From an uncultured Oscillospiraceae bacterium (GTDB lineage: Bacteria; Bacillota; Clostridia; Oscillospirales; Oscillospiraceae), in NCBI GenBank assembly GCA_947625815.1, contig CANQPU010000011.1:805-64804 (forward strand): a stretch of 64,000 nucleotides of DNA, in the 5' to 3' direction. A program made the translations under genes and the position numbers. Below the pieces are notes generated by a model. It did no database searches. It worked only from the letters and a program-made list of their open reading frames with translations, and was not told where the DNA came from. This document shows positions 10,072 through 20,582 of the stretch, in pieces; position 1 is the stretch's first letter, and each line of letters begins with the position of its first letter.

Positions 10072-10911
10072 ATGGTAAAGAATGAAGCCGCACCGCCCCA
10101 AAAGCCCCTTGAGATGATCTGCGCGGAAACAGCCGTGCGATGCGCGGGGTATGTTATGCCCCACCCCCACTGCCACGCGTACTTTGAGCTCTTTTACGTT
10201 GAGAGCGGCACATGCCGCTTTTTCATCGAAAACCATATGTACGACATCCACACCGGCGATTTCATGCTGATCCCTCCTGAGATATTCCACTATACGCGTT
10301 ATCTCTCCGGCCAGTGCAGGAGGCACGTCGTCCACTTCAATAAAACCGACCTCAATGAGCGCGTGATAAAGCTCCTGCCCCAGCAGGAGGAGTTCCTCAC
10401 GGCCACGCGCATCTTCCAGACGCCTGAGGAGTACCGTGGTCAGATGAGCGCCCATTTTACAAAAATGGTGAACGAGAAGAGGATCAACGACAGGTGCTCC
10501 CAGCCCATGCTGTGCGCTCTGCTCCAGGAGCTTTTCCTGCTCTGCGACCGGGAGTGCCGGCTCCTCAACAGTATCCCGGACGAGATCCACACCACCGACA
10601 GGCAGATCATCCAGGCGGCGCGGTTCATAAGCGTCCATTATATGGAACACATTACCGCCGCGGATATCGCCGCCGCCGCGGGGTACAGCCCAAACTATCT
10701 GAGCCGCAAGTTCCGAAGCTCCGTCGGCATCGGTATCCATGAATACCTCATGTTTATCCGCCTGCAGCACGCCGCCTACGAGCTTTTGACCACCGACGAC
10801 CTCATCACCGACATCGCCTTTCGCTGTGGCTTCTCCGACAGCAACTATTTCAAGGACGCCTTTAAAAAGAAGTACGGCGTCACACCGGGAGCGTACAGAA
10901 AGAAACTGTGA
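10072..10911 (+). CDS. AraC family transcriptional regulator
   Basis: N-terminal cupin-like sensor domain (HCHAYFELFYVESG). C-terminal AraC HTH (SPNYLSRKFRSSVGIGIHEYL...GFSDSNYFKDAFKKKYGVTPGAYR). The start is uncertain; the alternative is 10114. Confidence 0.85.
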   Translation: MVKNEAAPPQKPLEMICAETAVRCAGYVMPHPHCHAYFELFYVESGTCRFFIENHMYDIHTGDFMLIPPEIFHYTRYLSGQCRRHVVHFNKTDLNERVIKLLPQQEEFLTATRIFQTPEEYRGQMSAHFTKMVNEKRINDRCSQPMLCALLQELFLLCDRECRLLNSIPDEIHTTDRQIIQAARFISVHYMEHITAADIAAAAGYSPNYLSRKFRSSVGIGIHEYLMFIRLQHAAYELLTTDDLITDIAFRCGFSDSNYFKDAFKKKYGVTPGAYRKKL

Positions 10912-11029
10912 GATCAGCAGTCGAAAGGGAGTCAACGGCGCGCTTTTTCCTTCTCCGCAAATCCGTAACCAGTATAGCCGCAGCGGTTTTGACCGCAATC
11001 GCCCATAAACTCCCGCCGTTCCGCCTGCG

Positions 11030-11959
11030 TCATGGTCTCACCGCCGCCTTCACGTTCCGCCGGCCCGTGTTGTCGGAGCCCCGGACCTCCTCGTGGTAGA
11101 AGTAGTCCACGATGACGGGGTGCCCCTGGGGGACGCGGCCGTAGGGCATCTCGTTATCCACAAAGGGACAGTCGTATTTCCTCGCCAGCTCCTCCGCCTT
11201 CTTTTCCAGCGCCTCAAAATAGCCGCGGTCATGCCGGTCATAGATCTCCCGATACAGCGGCAAAAGATGGGGGTACTTGTCCGCGATATAGTCCATGATG
11301 GTCTTTTTGAACCCGCCCCGGAGGTTCAGGTTTTCCAGCCAAAAGAGGTCGCACTGATTTCTGACCCGCTCAAAGATGGCCTCAAAATCCGTGATCCCCG
11401 GAAAGACGGGGGACACGAAGCAGACGGTGCGGATCCCGGCGTCATAGACCTGCTTCATGGCGGCAATACGCCGTTCAATGCTGACGGCGTTATCCATGTC
11501 GTCCCTGAAGCCCTCGTCCAGCGTGTTGATGGACCAGGACACCGTCACCTGTCCCAGCTCCTTCAAAAGGTCCAGGTCCCGCAGGACCAGGTCGGATTTC
11601 GTGCAGATCAGGATGTCCGCCCCGCTGCCGCGAAGCTGCTCCAGCAGTTTGCGGGTCGCGCCGAACATCTCCTCCTGGGGATTGTAGCCGTCCGTCACCG
11701 AGCCGATCACCACCCGCTGACCGGCGTACTTCCCGGGATTTTTGATCTCCGGCCAGTGCTTCACGTCCAGAAACGTCCCCCAGTCCTCCGAGTGCCCGGC
11801 AAAGCGCATCATAAAGGAGGCGTAGCAGTATTTGCACCCGTGCGTACACCCCACATAGGGGTTGACGGAGTACCCGCCCACCGGGAGACTGGACTTCGTC
11901 ATAATATTCTTCGTCTCCACCTCGGCAATCAGGATGTTGTCATTTATGATCTGCGCCAT
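11030..11959 (-). CDS. radical SAM protein (SplB-like family)
   Basis: CxxxCxxC motif VGCTHGCKYCYA. RBS GGAGGA. 309 aa. Confidence 0.8.
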   Translation of the reverse strand: MAQIINDNILIAEVETKNIMTKSSLPVGGYSVNPYVGCTHGCKYCYASFMMRFAGHSEDWGTFLDVKHWPEIKNPGKYAGQRVVIGSVTDGYNPQEEMFGATRKLLEQLRGSGADILICTKSDLVLRDLDLLKELGQVTVSWSINTLDEGFRDDMDNAVSIERRIAAMKQVYDAGIRTVCFVSPVFPGITDFEAIFERVRNQCDLFWLENLNLRGGFKKTIMDYIADKYPHLLPLYREIYDRHDRGYFEALEKKAEELARKYDCPFVDNEMPYGRVPQGHPVIVDYFYHEEVRGSDNTGRRNVKAAVRP

Positions 11960-11999
11960 TTATCCAGTTCCTCCACATTCGTATTCGAGCGAACCTATC

Positions 12000-12674
12000 T
12001 TATCCTATGATCCGCCCGTCGGTGGTTATGGTGACGACGGTGAGGGGGAGGGGCTTTCCGCTATCCTGGATGGCCCTTTTCACCGCGCTTTCCAGGCCGC
12101 CGCAGCAGGGGACCTCCATCCGCGCGACGGTGACGCTCGCAACGTCGTTTTCCGCCAGGATCCGAGTGAGCTTCACGGAATAATCCGTCATGTCCAGCTT
12201 GGGACAGCCGATGAGCGTGATTTTGCCGCGCATGAAGTCGTCGTGAAAGCCCCCGTAGGCGTAGGCCGTGCAGTCCGCGGCGATGAGCAGGTCGGCCCCG
12301 TCAAAAAAGGGCGCCTTGGCGGGGGTGAGCCTGATCTGCACCGGCCACTGGGCAAGCCGGCTGGGGACAGGGCCCGCGACAGCGCCGCTGTCCTCATGAC
12401 GGACAGCCCTTGCCGCGGACCCGGGGCAGGCGTGGGGCCTCTTTTTCGCTGCCTCCACCGCCGCCGCGTCATAGGCCGGGGCCTCCCGCTCCTCAAAGGC
12501 AATGGCCCCCGTGGGGCAGGCGGGGAGACAGTCGCCCAGCCCGTCGCAGTAGTCCTCCCGCAAAAGCCGGGCCTTCCCCTCTACGATGCCGATGGCCCCC
12601 TCGTGGCAGGCCCTGGCGCAAAGGCCGCAGCCGTTGCACTTTTCCTCGTCGATTTTAATGATTTTCCGCAGCAT
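12000..12674 (-). CDS. 4Fe-4S dicluster domain protein
   Basis: N-terminus has CNGCGLCARAC and CDGLGDCLPACP motifs. RBS AAGGAGG. It lies directly downstream of the LysR gene on the same strand. Confidence 0.75.
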   Translation of the reverse strand: MLRKIIKIDEEKCNGCGLCARACHEGAIGIVEGKARLLREDYCDGLGDCLPACPTGAIAFEEREAPAYDAAAVEAAKKRPHACPGSAARAVRHEDSGAVAGPVPSRLAQWPVQIRLTPAKAPFFDGADLLIAADCTAYAYGGFHDDFMRGKITLIGCPKLDMTDYSVKLTRILAENDVASVTVARMEVPCCGGLESAVKRAIQDSGKPLPLTVVTITTDGRIIG

Positions 12675-12686
12675 TTGAACCCCTCC

Positions 12687-13571
12687 TTATGATCTGATGA
12701 CAAGTCCTTCCTTCAGCGCGGCCAACAGCCGCTGGGATATCGGGGTAAAGACCTGATACTTCCTCCAGATGAGATAGATCCGCTCCTCCAGCCTTGGCGT
12801 GAGGGGACGAAACACAAGCCCGCTCTCAGGGCTCGTGTCAATGAGCTTGTCCAGGGTGAGAAGATACCCGAGCCCCTCCTTCACAAAGAGCGAGGCGTTG
12901 TAGGACAGCCGGAAAGACCCCTCCAGGCGGAGGGAGTCCATCTTCTCCCCACACCAGCCGGGGATGTCCCGCCGCCAGCCCTGCTCGGAGCAGAAAAGGG
13001 GAAGGCCCGCAAGGTCATCGGCGGTTATTCCCTCTTTTTCCGCCAATGCGCAGTCTCGGGGGACCACCAGCCCCCACACGTCCGCCTCGGGGAAACGCAG
13101 GAAATTGTATTTTGCCGTGTCCGGGGCCTCCGCCAGAACGGCAAAGTCCAGTACCCCCCGATCCAGCTTCTCCGTCACCTGCTCCGTGTCGCCGCTGGTG
13201 ATGTGATAGCGAAGACTCGGGCAGACCTCCTTGAAGCGGCGGATCTCCCGCGCCAGACAGCGGATCTGATAGGATTCCGCAAGACCAAAGTAGACGTCCC
13301 CACCGGTGACATCGTCCAGCGCCGTAAATTCCCCCGTGATCTTATCCGCCATGGAAATGAGGTCCTCCGCCCGCTTGCGCAAAAGGATGCCCTCCTCGGT
13401 GAGCTCGATCCGGAAGCTGTGGCGGATGAAGAGCTTTTTCCCCAGCTCCTCCTCCAGGTCCTTGATCTGCTTGGAGAGGGTGGGCTGGGAGACGTGCAGA
13501 TATTCGGCGGCCCGGGTCATGTTCTCCTCCCGCGCCACGGCCAAAAAGTAACGGAGCGTCCGTATCTCCAT
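12687..13571 (-). CDS. LysR family transcriptional regulator
   Basis: N-terminal HTH MEIRTLRYFLAVAREENMTRAAEYLHVSQPTLSKQIKDLEEELG. 294 aa. Confidence 0.9.
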   Translation of the reverse strand: MEIRTLRYFLAVAREENMTRAAEYLHVSQPTLSKQIKDLEEELGKKLFIRHSFRIELTEEGILLRKRAEDLISMADKITGEFTALDDVTGGDVYFGLAESYQIRCLAREIRRFKEVCPSLRYHITSGDTEQVTEKLDRGVLDFAVLAEAPDTAKYNFLRFPEADVWGLVVPRDCALAEKEGITADDLAGLPLFCSEQGWRRDIPGWCGEKMDSLRLEGSFRLSYNASLFVKEGLGYLLTLDKLIDTSPESGLVFRPLTPRLEERIYLIWRKYQVFTPISQRLLAALKEGLVIRS

Positions 13572-13698
13572 CTTACCGCCCCCTGATATTCAAAAATCGA
13601 ATAACGTGATATAAATTATAACAATTTGCGCCCTACCCGTCAAGGATGTATAATAAAATATAGAAAGACCACATACTCGGAAAGGACGGCGCAAAATC

Positions 13699-14724
13699 AT
13701 GACGGATTCAACAAACCTTAAGCTCACGGATGCCTGGGACAAGACCTTCCCCAAGAGCGAGAGAGTGGAGCATCGGAAGGTGACCTTCCCCAACCGCTAC
13801 GGCATCACCCTGGCGGCTGATTTGTATACTCCCAAGTGCGCAAGCGGCAAGCTGGCGGCCATCGCCGTGTGCGGCCCCTTCGGCGCTGTCAAGGAGCAGG
13901 CGGCGGGCCTGTACGCCCAAACCATGGCGGAGCGGGGCTTTTTGACTGTCGCCTTTGATCCCTCCTTCACGGGCGAGAGCGGCGGCACGCCCCGCTATAT
14001 GGCCTCCCCGGACATCAATACGGAGGATTTTCAGGCTGCGGTGGACTTTCTCTCCGTGCAGGAAAATGTGGACCCCGACAGGATCGGCATCATCGGCATT
14101 TGCGGGTGGGGCGGCATGGCGCTGAATGCCGCTGCGCTGGATACCCGGATCCGTGCCACGGCGGCCATGACCATGTACGACATGACGAGGGTCAACGCCA
14201 AGGGCTACTTTGATGCCGAGGACAGCGCCGACGCCCGGTACGAGAAGAAGAAGGCCCTGAACGCCCAGCGAATCGTGGATTTCAGCTCCGGTTCCTACGC
14301 GCTTGGCGGGGGAGTGGTGGACCCGCTGCCTGACGACGCGCCCTTCTTCGTGAAGGATTACTACGACTATTACAAGACCTCTCGCGGGTATCATCCCCGC
14401 TCCCTCAATTCCAACGGCGGCTGGAACGTCACCGGGTGCATGAGCTTCCTGAATCAGCCGATTTTGCAGTACTCTAACGAGATCAGGAGCGCCGTGCTCA
14501 TCGTCCACGGGGAAAAGGCCCACTCCTGCTACTTCTCCCGGGACGCCTACGCCAACATGGTCAGGGACAACCCGTATTCCGATAACAAAGAACTGCTCAT
14601 CCTTCCGGATGCCGTCCACACCGACCTCTATGACGGCGGCGGAAAAGACGCCATCCCCTTTGACAGGCTGGCCACGTTTTTTGGGAACTATCTGGGCGGC
14701 GCGGGACGTCCGGAACACCCTTAA
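13699..14724 (+). CDS. alpha/beta hydrolase
   Basis: 341 aa. Nucleophile-elbow-like GICGWGG. Divergent from the LysR gene. Confidence 0.75.
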   Translation: MTDSTNLKLTDAWDKTFPKSERVEHRKVTFPNRYGITLAADLYTPKCASGKLAAIAVCGPFGAVKEQAAGLYAQTMAERGFLTVAFDPSFTGESGGTPRYMASPDINTEDFQAAVDFLSVQENVDPDRIGIIGICGWGGMALNAAALDTRIRATAAMTMYDMTRVNAKGYFDAEDSADARYEKKKALNAQRIVDFSSGSYALGGGVVDPLPDDAPFFVKDYYDYYKTSRGYHPRSLNSNGGWNVTGCMSFLNQPILQYSNEIRSAVLIVHGEKAHSCYFSRDAYANMVRDNPYSDNKELLILPDAVHTDLYDGGGKDAIPFDRLATFFGNYLGGAGRPEHP

Positions 14725-14731
14725 AATTCAA

Positions 14732-14768
14732 AGCCCCCGGACCGGATCCATGGTCTGGGGGCTTTCCT
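14732..14768 (+). terminator. rho-independent terminator after the hydrolase gene
   Basis: 12-bp stem agcccccggacc/ggtctgggggct with an 8-nt loop, followed by a T-rich tail. Confidence 0.7.
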
Positions 14769-14892
14769 TCGACCGGGCCGCCCCCGTTTCCGGGGCCGCC
14801 GGGCGTCTTCTTCGGGAAATAACAAAAAAGCTATTCCAAAATGGGATCCGATATGATATACTTATCTTCAATCACCAGCAGGAGGGATGACC

Positions 14893-15372
14893 ATGAACGA
14901 AATACTCAAGCTCCTTGAGGAGGACAGCCGGTACACGGCCGAGCAGATCGCCGCCATGACCGGCAAGGACGAGCGGTACGTCCGGGAAACGGTGAAGCGC
15001 TGTGAGGAGGAACACATCATCAACGGCTACACGGCCCTGGTGGACTGGGATAGGACCAGCGAGGAGAACGTCACCGCCTTCATCGAGGTAAAGATCACCC
15101 CCCAGCGGGACGACGGTTATGACCGCATCGCCCGGAGGATCTACCAGTATGACGAGGTGGAGAGCCTCTACCTCATGAGCGGGAGCTTCGATTTCTCCGT
15201 CATCGTCACGGCCAGCTCCCTGCGGGAGGTCAGCCGCTTCGTGGCCGAGAAGCTGGCGCCCATCGAGGGCGTCATCAGCACCGCCACCCACTTCATCATG
15301 AAGCGCTACAAGGATAAGCACCGGGCCTTTATCGTGGAGCCCGAACAGGAGGAGCGGACGCTGTTTATATGA
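14893..15372 (+). CDS. Lrp/AsnC family transcriptional regulator
   Basis: HTH (NEILKLLEEDSRYTAEQIAAMTG) plus an AsnC-type ligand domain. ATG 14893 sits 7 nt after GGAGGG. The in-frame ATG at 14887 abuts the RBS. Confidence 0.85.
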   Translation: MNEILKLLEEDSRYTAEQIAAMTGKDERYVRETVKRCEEEHIINGYTALVDWDRTSEENVTAFIEVKITPQRDDGYDRIARRIYQYDEVESLYLMSGSFDFSVIVTASSLREVSRFVAEKLAPIEGVISTATHFIMKRYKDKHRAFIVEPEQEERTLFI

Positions 15373-16547
15373 TGGACTATGAGAAGCTCATGTCCCGAAA
15401 CGTCCTGGAGCTCCAGCCCTCGGGCATTCGGAAGTTTTTCGACATTTTAGACACCATGAAGGACGCCGTCTCCCTGGGCATCGGCGAGCCGGACTTCACC
15501 ACGCCCTGGCACATCCGGGAGGCGGGCATCTACTCCCTGGAGCAGGGACACACCAAATACACCTCGAACGCCGGCCTTGTGCGGCTCAGAACGGCGGTGT
15601 CCGAATACCTGAAGCGCCGGTTCGACATCGAATACGGCGCCCCGGACATCTTCATCACCGTGGGCGGCTCGGAGGCCATCGACCTGACCGTCCGCGCCCT
15701 GGTGGACCCGGGGGACGAGGTCATCATCCCCGTGCCCAGCTTCGTCTGCTACGGCCCCCTGGTCACCATGGCCCACGGCGTGCCCGTCTACGTGGAGACG
15801 AAGGAGGAGAACGAGTTCCGCCTGACCGCCGACGAGCTGCGTGCCGCCATCACGCCGCGGACCAAGCTCCTGGTCCTGCCGTACCCCAACAATCCCACCG
15901 GCGCCATCCTTCGCAGGGAGGACCTTCAGGCCATCGCCCAGGTCCTGCGGGGCACGGATATCATGGTCCTCTCCGACGAGATCTACGCCGAGCTCACCTA
16001 CGGCCAGCGCCACGTGTCGCCCTGCAATATCCCGGAGCTGCGTGAGCGCACCATGCTGGTCAACGGCTTTTCCAAGGCATACGCCATGACCGGGTGGCGC
16101 CTGGGCTACGTCTGCGGCCCCTCGGCCATCATGAGGCAGATGCTGAAGATCCACCAGTACGGCATCATGTCCGCCCCCACCACCAGCCAGTACGCCGCCA
16201 TCGAGGCCCTCCGCAACGGCGACGGAGACATCGAGGCGATGCGCGACAGCTACAACAAACGCCGCCGGCTCCTGCTCAAGGGCCTCAGAGATCTGGGACT
16301 TCCGTGCTTCGAGCCGAAGGGGGCCTTTTACATGTTCCCCCGGATCGGCGGCTTCGGCCTCACATCCGATCAGTTCTGCACCAGGTTCCTGCAGGAGGAG
16401 CGCGTGGCCATCATCCCCGGAACGGCCTTCGGCCCCGGGGGAGAGGGCTTCGCCCGGGTCTGCTACGCCTCCTCCGTGGAGAACATCGAGACGGCCCTTG
16501 CCCGGCTCGGAGACTTTTTGGGGAGACTTCAAAGTGACCGTTCTTGA
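15369..16547 (+). CDS. PLP-dependent aminotransferase (class I/II)
   Basis: 392 aa. GEPDF, NPTG and SFSKAYAMTGWRLGY (PLP lysine) motifs. The start overlaps the Lrp stop (ATGA). Confidence 0.9.
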   Translation: MMDYEKLMSRNVLELQPSGIRKFFDILDTMKDAVSLGIGEPDFTTPWHIREAGIYSLEQGHTKYTSNAGLVRLRTAVSEYLKRRFDIEYGAPDIFITVGGSEAIDLTVRALVDPGDEVIIPVPSFVCYGPLVTMAHGVPVYVETKEENEFRLTADELRAAITPRTKLLVLPYPNNPTGAILRREDLQAIAQVLRGTDIMVLSDEIYAELTYGQRHVSPCNIPELRERTMLVNGFSKAYAMTGWRLGYVCGPSAIMRQMLKIHQYGIMSAPTTSQYAAIEALRNGDGDIEAMRDSYNKRRRLLLKGLRDLGLPCFEPKGAFYMFPRIGGFGLTSDQFCTRFLQEERVAIIPGTAFGPGGEGFARVCYASSVENIETALARLGDFLGRLQSDRS

Positions 16548-17388
16548 GAGAGCCTGCGCCAAGATCAACCTGTCGCTGGACGTGAAGGGGAAAAGACCGG
16601 ACGGCTACCACGAGATGGACACGATCATGCAGTCCGTGTCGCTGTGGGATGAGGTTTCCGTAACACTCACAGATACGCCCGGAATAGAGGTTGACATAAA
16701 TGTTGACTCGCTGCCAAAAGGACTCCAAAATCTTGCCGGAAAAGCGGGACAAGAGTTCTTCAGGTATGTTAACATAACAAATAAGGGCGTAAAGGTTTAC
16801 ATAAAAAAGAACATCCCAGACAAGGCCGGCATGGCCGGCGGCTCCTCGGACGCCGCGGCAGTGATCCGGGGGCTCAACAGACTCACCGGATCCCGGCTCT
16901 CCGACAGGGAGCTTTACGAGATCTGCGCCAGGGTCGGCTCGGACGTGGCCTTCTGCCTGCGCGGCGGGACGGCGCGGGCGACGGGACGTGGGGAGATCCT
17001 TCGGGACCTTCCGGGGATGCCGGACTGTGACATCGTCCTTGCAAGGCCGGATTTCTCCGTATCTACGCCGGAGCTGTTTGCCAGGATAGACTCCTGCGAT
17101 ATCGGGACAAGGCCGGACGGTGGGAGAATGGAGCGGGCCCTGGAGCGCGGGGACCTGCGCGGGGTCTGCCGGGAGGTGGGCAATGTTTTTGAGCAGGTCC
17201 TGCCGGAGCGGGCGGCCGTAGAGGGCATCAAGGCGGAGCTTACGAGGCGCGGGGCCCTGGCGTCCTGCATGACCGGGACCGGTTCGGTGGTCTTCGGGCT
17301 TTTTGAGGCCGGAAAGGCGCCGGCGGCCTGGGAGATCCCCGGCTGTAAAGAGATTTTTTTCGCAAAACCTCTCGGAAAACACGTATAA
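16534..17388 (+). CDS. ispE: 4-diphosphocytidyl-2-C-methyl-D-erythritol kinase
   Basis: AKINLSLDV...DGYHEMDT N-terminus and GHMP motif PDKAGMAGGSSDAAAV. I prefer GTG 16534 (RBS GGGAGA) over the upstream ATG 16498, which would overlap the aminotransferase gene by 50 nt. Confidence 0.85.
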   Translation: MTVLERACAKINLSLDVKGKRPDGYHEMDTIMQSVSLWDEVSVTLTDTPGIEVDINVDSLPKGLQNLAGKAGQEFFRYVNITNKGVKVYIKKNIPDKAGMAGGSSDAAAVIRGLNRLTGSRLSDRELYEICARVGSDVAFCLRGGTARATGRGEILRDLPGMPDCDIVLARPDFSVSTPELFARIDSCDIGTRPDGGRMERALERGDLRGVCREVGNVFEQVLPERAAVEGIKAELTRRGALASCMTGTGSVVFGLFEAGKAPAAWEIPGCKEIFFAKPLGKHV

Positions 17389-17396
17389 TTTGAGAA

Positions 17397-17437
17397 AAAT
17401 CGGGCAATGATCGGATCACTGCCCGATTTTAGTTTTT
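17397..17437 (+). terminator. rho-independent terminator after ispE
   Basis: Stem aaatcgggca/tgcccgattt followed by TAGTTTTTT. Confidence 0.8.
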
Positions 17438-17450
17438 TGAGAGGTGTCTG

Positions 17451-18062
17451 ATGAAGCTGAAAACCTTTGAGATCGCCCTGATCGCGGCGATCCTGGTCAC
17501 TGTTTTTTGGGGCTTTGCCGCCGGAGCCCGCGGCGAGGCCGAGGAGCTGTCCGGCAAGCTCATAAGGCTCCATGTGGTGGCAAACTCGGATACCGGGGCC
17601 GATCAGGCCCTGAAGCTGGAGGTCCGGGACGCCGTATTGGCCGTCGTAAGGGAGAAATGCCGGGGGGTAGAGGGGGTAGAGGAGGCCCGGAGGCGCCTGG
17701 AGGAGAGCCTGGAGGAGATCGTGGAGGCGGGGGTCGAGGCGGTGGAGCGAGGGGGGAGGAATTATGCCGTTACCGCATCACTATGCCGGGAGAGCTTCCC
17801 CACCACGCAGTACGACACCTTTTCCCTGCCCGCCGGGGAATATGAGTCGCTGCGAATCAGGATCGGGGCGGCGGAGGGCCACAACTGGTGGTGCGTGGTC
17901 TTCCCGCCGGTGTGCGACGAGCCGGTGATCGACGCCGACGCCGCCGCGGAGCTGGGACTGACCGGGGAGGAGGTCAGGCTCATCACGAAAAGCTCCGGGG
18001 AATATGTGGTGAGGTTCAAGACCATCGAGCTCATCAACAGGTTTTTGGCGCTGTTCAAATGA
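17451..18062 (+). CDS. spoIIR: stage II sporulation protein R
   Basis: N-terminal TM segment, then LIRLHVVANSDTGADQALKLEVRDAVL and HNWWCVVFPP, both characteristic of SpoIIR. Confidence 0.85.
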   Translation: MKLKTFEIALIAAILVTVFWGFAAGARGEAEELSGKLIRLHVVANSDTGADQALKLEVRDAVLAVVREKCRGVEGVEEARRRLEESLEEIVEAGVEAVERGGRNYAVTASLCRESFPTTQYDTFSLPAGEYESLRIRIGAAEGHNWWCVVFPPVCDEPVIDADAAAELGLTGEEVRLITKSSGEYVVRFKTIELINRFLALFK

Positions 18063-18088
18063 AAGATATTTTAATTGGATATCAGTAT

Positions 18089-18122
18089 AATACCGCCGCC
18101 GGCTGCTGCCGGCGGCGGTATT
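18089..18122. terminator. 15-bp perfect hairpin between convergent spoIIR and the LtaS-like gene
   Basis: aataccgccgccggc-tgct-gccggcggcggtatt. No clear U-tract on either side. Confidence 0.5.
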
Positions 18123-18135
18123 CGCGATCCGGGAT

Positions 18136-20562
18136 CTATTTGAAGAGCGTGGAGTAATAGTCCTCGGAGACGATGAGCTTGGCGTATTTGATCTTGCCGG
18201 CCACCAGGTTTTTGACCTTCTTCACGTAGTCGTCGGAGACGGTGACGCCCTCCCGGGGCGTGAAGGTGCCGGTGCCGGCCTCGTAGGTGCCGGCGGCGGT
18301 GATCCAGCTGTTGCCCTGCCCTTTGTTGTTGGCAAAGACCACAAGGGGCATACAGCTGGAATACTCGTCAGGCTCGAAGTTTTGGGCAAAGACGTCGCGC
18401 CCGGAATAGAGGCGGGAGTCATACTCGATGCCGTAGAGATTCAGGAGCGTGGGAAGGATATCGCAGGAGTAGCAGGGGGTGTCCACCGTGACAGGCTCCT
18501 CGATGGCGGCGGACCACATGATGAGGGTGGTCCGGAAGCGGGAGGTGTCGAGCTCCGTGTCCTCAACGCCCCGCAGCTCGTTATAAAAGTCCGCCTCCTC
18601 CGTCAGCATCCGATAGGGGTAGTGATCGGTGCAAAGGACGATGAGGGTGTCGTCGGCGATGCCGGCGGCCTCCAGCCTCTCGACCAGATACTTCATGGCG
18701 GCCTCCAGCTCCAGGTTGCAGGCGACGTAGGCCTGGACGGTGGGGGAGGCGTCGGGCAGGGCGGCCTGGGCGGCGTCCCGGTTCTTCCTGGCCATGTCGT
18801 TGCTCCAGTTCCAGTTGGAGTGGGCGCTGACGGTCATATAGTAGGTGTGGAAGGGCACGCCGGTCTCCAGATACTCGTTGATATACGAGTCCGCGGTGAG
18901 CTCCATCATGGTCAGATCCGACTTGGGCCAGTCGTCCCGCTCCGCCTCCGGCCAGCCCATGCCGCCGTCTGTCCCCTCCACGGCGCCGTTGAAGTGGGCG
19001 TAGCCCAGCTCCGGGAAGAGCTGGTCGCGCTTGTAGAAGGTGTAATGGTGGTCGTGGTAGGCGTTCACGTTGTAGCCGGCTTTCGTGAACATACTGCCCA
19101 TGGCCATGGGCATGGAGTTGCCCAGAACGGCGTAGATGGTCATCTTGCCGCCCACCCAGTTGGGGATGACGCCGGTCATATTGGCGAACTCCCCGCCGGC
19201 GGTGGACATGGTCCAGTCGGGCTGATAGAAGTCGGTGAAGACAAAGCCCTCATGGCTGAGCCTCCAGAGCGTGGGGGTCAGCTCCTCGCTCATGGCGGCG
19301 GTGGAGAAGGACTCCGCCGTGATGAAGATCAGGTTCTTGCCCTTGAAAAGGCCGGTGTACTCATTCTCCATGGAGGGGGTGAGAGAGCCGAAATACTCGT
19401 GCATGGACTTGAGGGTCTTGTCCGAGGTACTCCCGGCCAGCGCCTCAAAGTCGATGGAGTCGATGACGTTGGGGCCATAATCCCGGGGCGGCGCCGGGGG
19501 ATCCTGGTCCCCGCCGGGGTTTTGCCCGCCGTCGGGCCCCTGGTCCCCGCCGGGCGTTTGGCCGTCGTCGGGCGCCTGGCTCCCGTCATCAGGCGCTTGC
19601 CCGCCGTCGGGCTGCCGGTCCCCGTCGGGGCCGGGGAGAACGCCGGGATCCTCGATATAGCCGCTCAGATCCTCTTCGGGCAGGCCGAAGACGGCATACT
19701 CCAGCTCCAGCCGCTGGGCGGTGAGAAGACCGAAGCGGGGGATGGCGTTGGTGAAGCTGAAATCGTAGGTGTAGGCGGGACGGGACGCGCCGAAGGCGGA
19801 CAGGCCCCAGCCGCCGAGCTGAAGGAGGACCAGGAGCAGGAGAAGGACGCCCCGTTTTCCCCAGGAGGCGCCGCGGTCCGGGATCACCCGGCGGCGCAGG
19901 GGGAGGAAGGCGGCCAGGGGCGCCAGCGACAGGAGGATGAAGGGGAGGATGCCCCGGATGGCGGAGGAGGTCTCCTCCCGAAAATCCGCGGCGACCTCCA
20001 TCCCCATGGAGGCGATGGTCGTAAGGCCGTAGTACATTTGGAAAAAGAACCGCACGCCCCGTTCCACGCAGACAAAGACCGTGAAGAGGAGAAGCAGAAG
20101 GGCCCCGATCAGGCGGGAGACGGACTTTTGAGGGATGAGGTCCAGAAGCAGGTGGACGACCAGGCCCGCCGCCAAAGAGAACAGGACGACGCGCAGAAGG
20201 TCCGGCTCGAAGAACCGGACGTTTTTGGCGTCGAAGGCCCGCAGGAGCAGCTCGTGGTAGAGGAGGGCGGCGGGGAAAAAGAGGGGGGAGAACCGGGAGC
20301 GGGAGGCGGCCCGGCGGGCCGGGGCCTTCCGGCCGGCCCCCTCCGGGGAGTCGGATCCCCGGTCAAAGTCAAAGACCTGCCGCCTGCCTGTCCCGGCGTC
20401 CGCGGGCGACGGGGCATAACGGGAGGGCTTTCGCGCGCCGGCGTTTTCCTCCCTCAGGGCGTCGTTGACGCTTTTGGGGTAATAGGGCCTGGGCTTATCG
20501 GGCGCGTTTTCAGGCGCGGAGGCATTTTGGGGGTCGCGCTTTTCGTCGGCCATCTGTCTCAT
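18136..20562 (-). CDS. LTA synthase family / sulfatase-domain membrane protein (paralogue 1)
   Basis: 808 aa. Basic N-terminal tail, multiple TM segments, a P/G/D/Q-rich linker, then an extracellular sulfatase-like domain (FITAESFS, LTPTLWRL, TDHYPY). Confidence 0.8.
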   Translation of the reverse strand: MRQMADEKRDPQNASAPENAPDKPRPYYPKSVNDALREENAGARKPSRYAPSPADAGTGRRQVFDFDRGSDSPEGAGRKAPARRAASRSRFSPLFFPAALLYHELLLRAFDAKNVRFFEPDLLRVVLFSLAAGLVVHLLLDLIPQKSVSRLIGALLLLLFTVFVCVERGVRFFFQMYYGLTTIASMGMEVAADFREETSSAIRGILPFILLSLAPLAAFLPLRRRVIPDRGASWGKRGVLLLLLVLLQLGGWGLSAFGASRPAYTYDFSFTNAIPRFGLLTAQRLELEYAVFGLPEEDLSGYIEDPGVLPGPDGDRQPDGGQAPDDGSQAPDDGQTPGGDQGPDGGQNPGGDQDPPAPPRDYGPNVIDSIDFEALAGSTSDKTLKSMHEYFGSLTPSMENEYTGLFKGKNLIFITAESFSTAAMSEELTPTLWRLSHEGFVFTDFYQPDWTMSTAGGEFANMTGVIPNWVGGKMTIYAVLGNSMPMAMGSMFTKAGYNVNAYHDHHYTFYKRDQLFPELGYAHFNGAVEGTDGGMGWPEAERDDWPKSDLTMMELTADSYINEYLETGVPFHTYYMTVSAHSNWNWSNDMARKNRDAAQAALPDASPTVQAYVACNLELEAAMKYLVERLEAAGIADDTLIVLCTDHYPYRMLTEEADFYNELRGVEDTELDTSRFRTTLIMWSAAIEEPVTVDTPCYSCDILPTLLNLYGIEYDSRLYSGRDVFAQNFEPDEYSSCMPLVVFANNKGQGNSWITAAGTYEAGTGTFTPREGVTVSDDYVKKVKNLVAGKIKYAKLIVSEDYYSTLFK

Positions 20563-20582
20563 CTCTCTTTGCTTACGGAAAA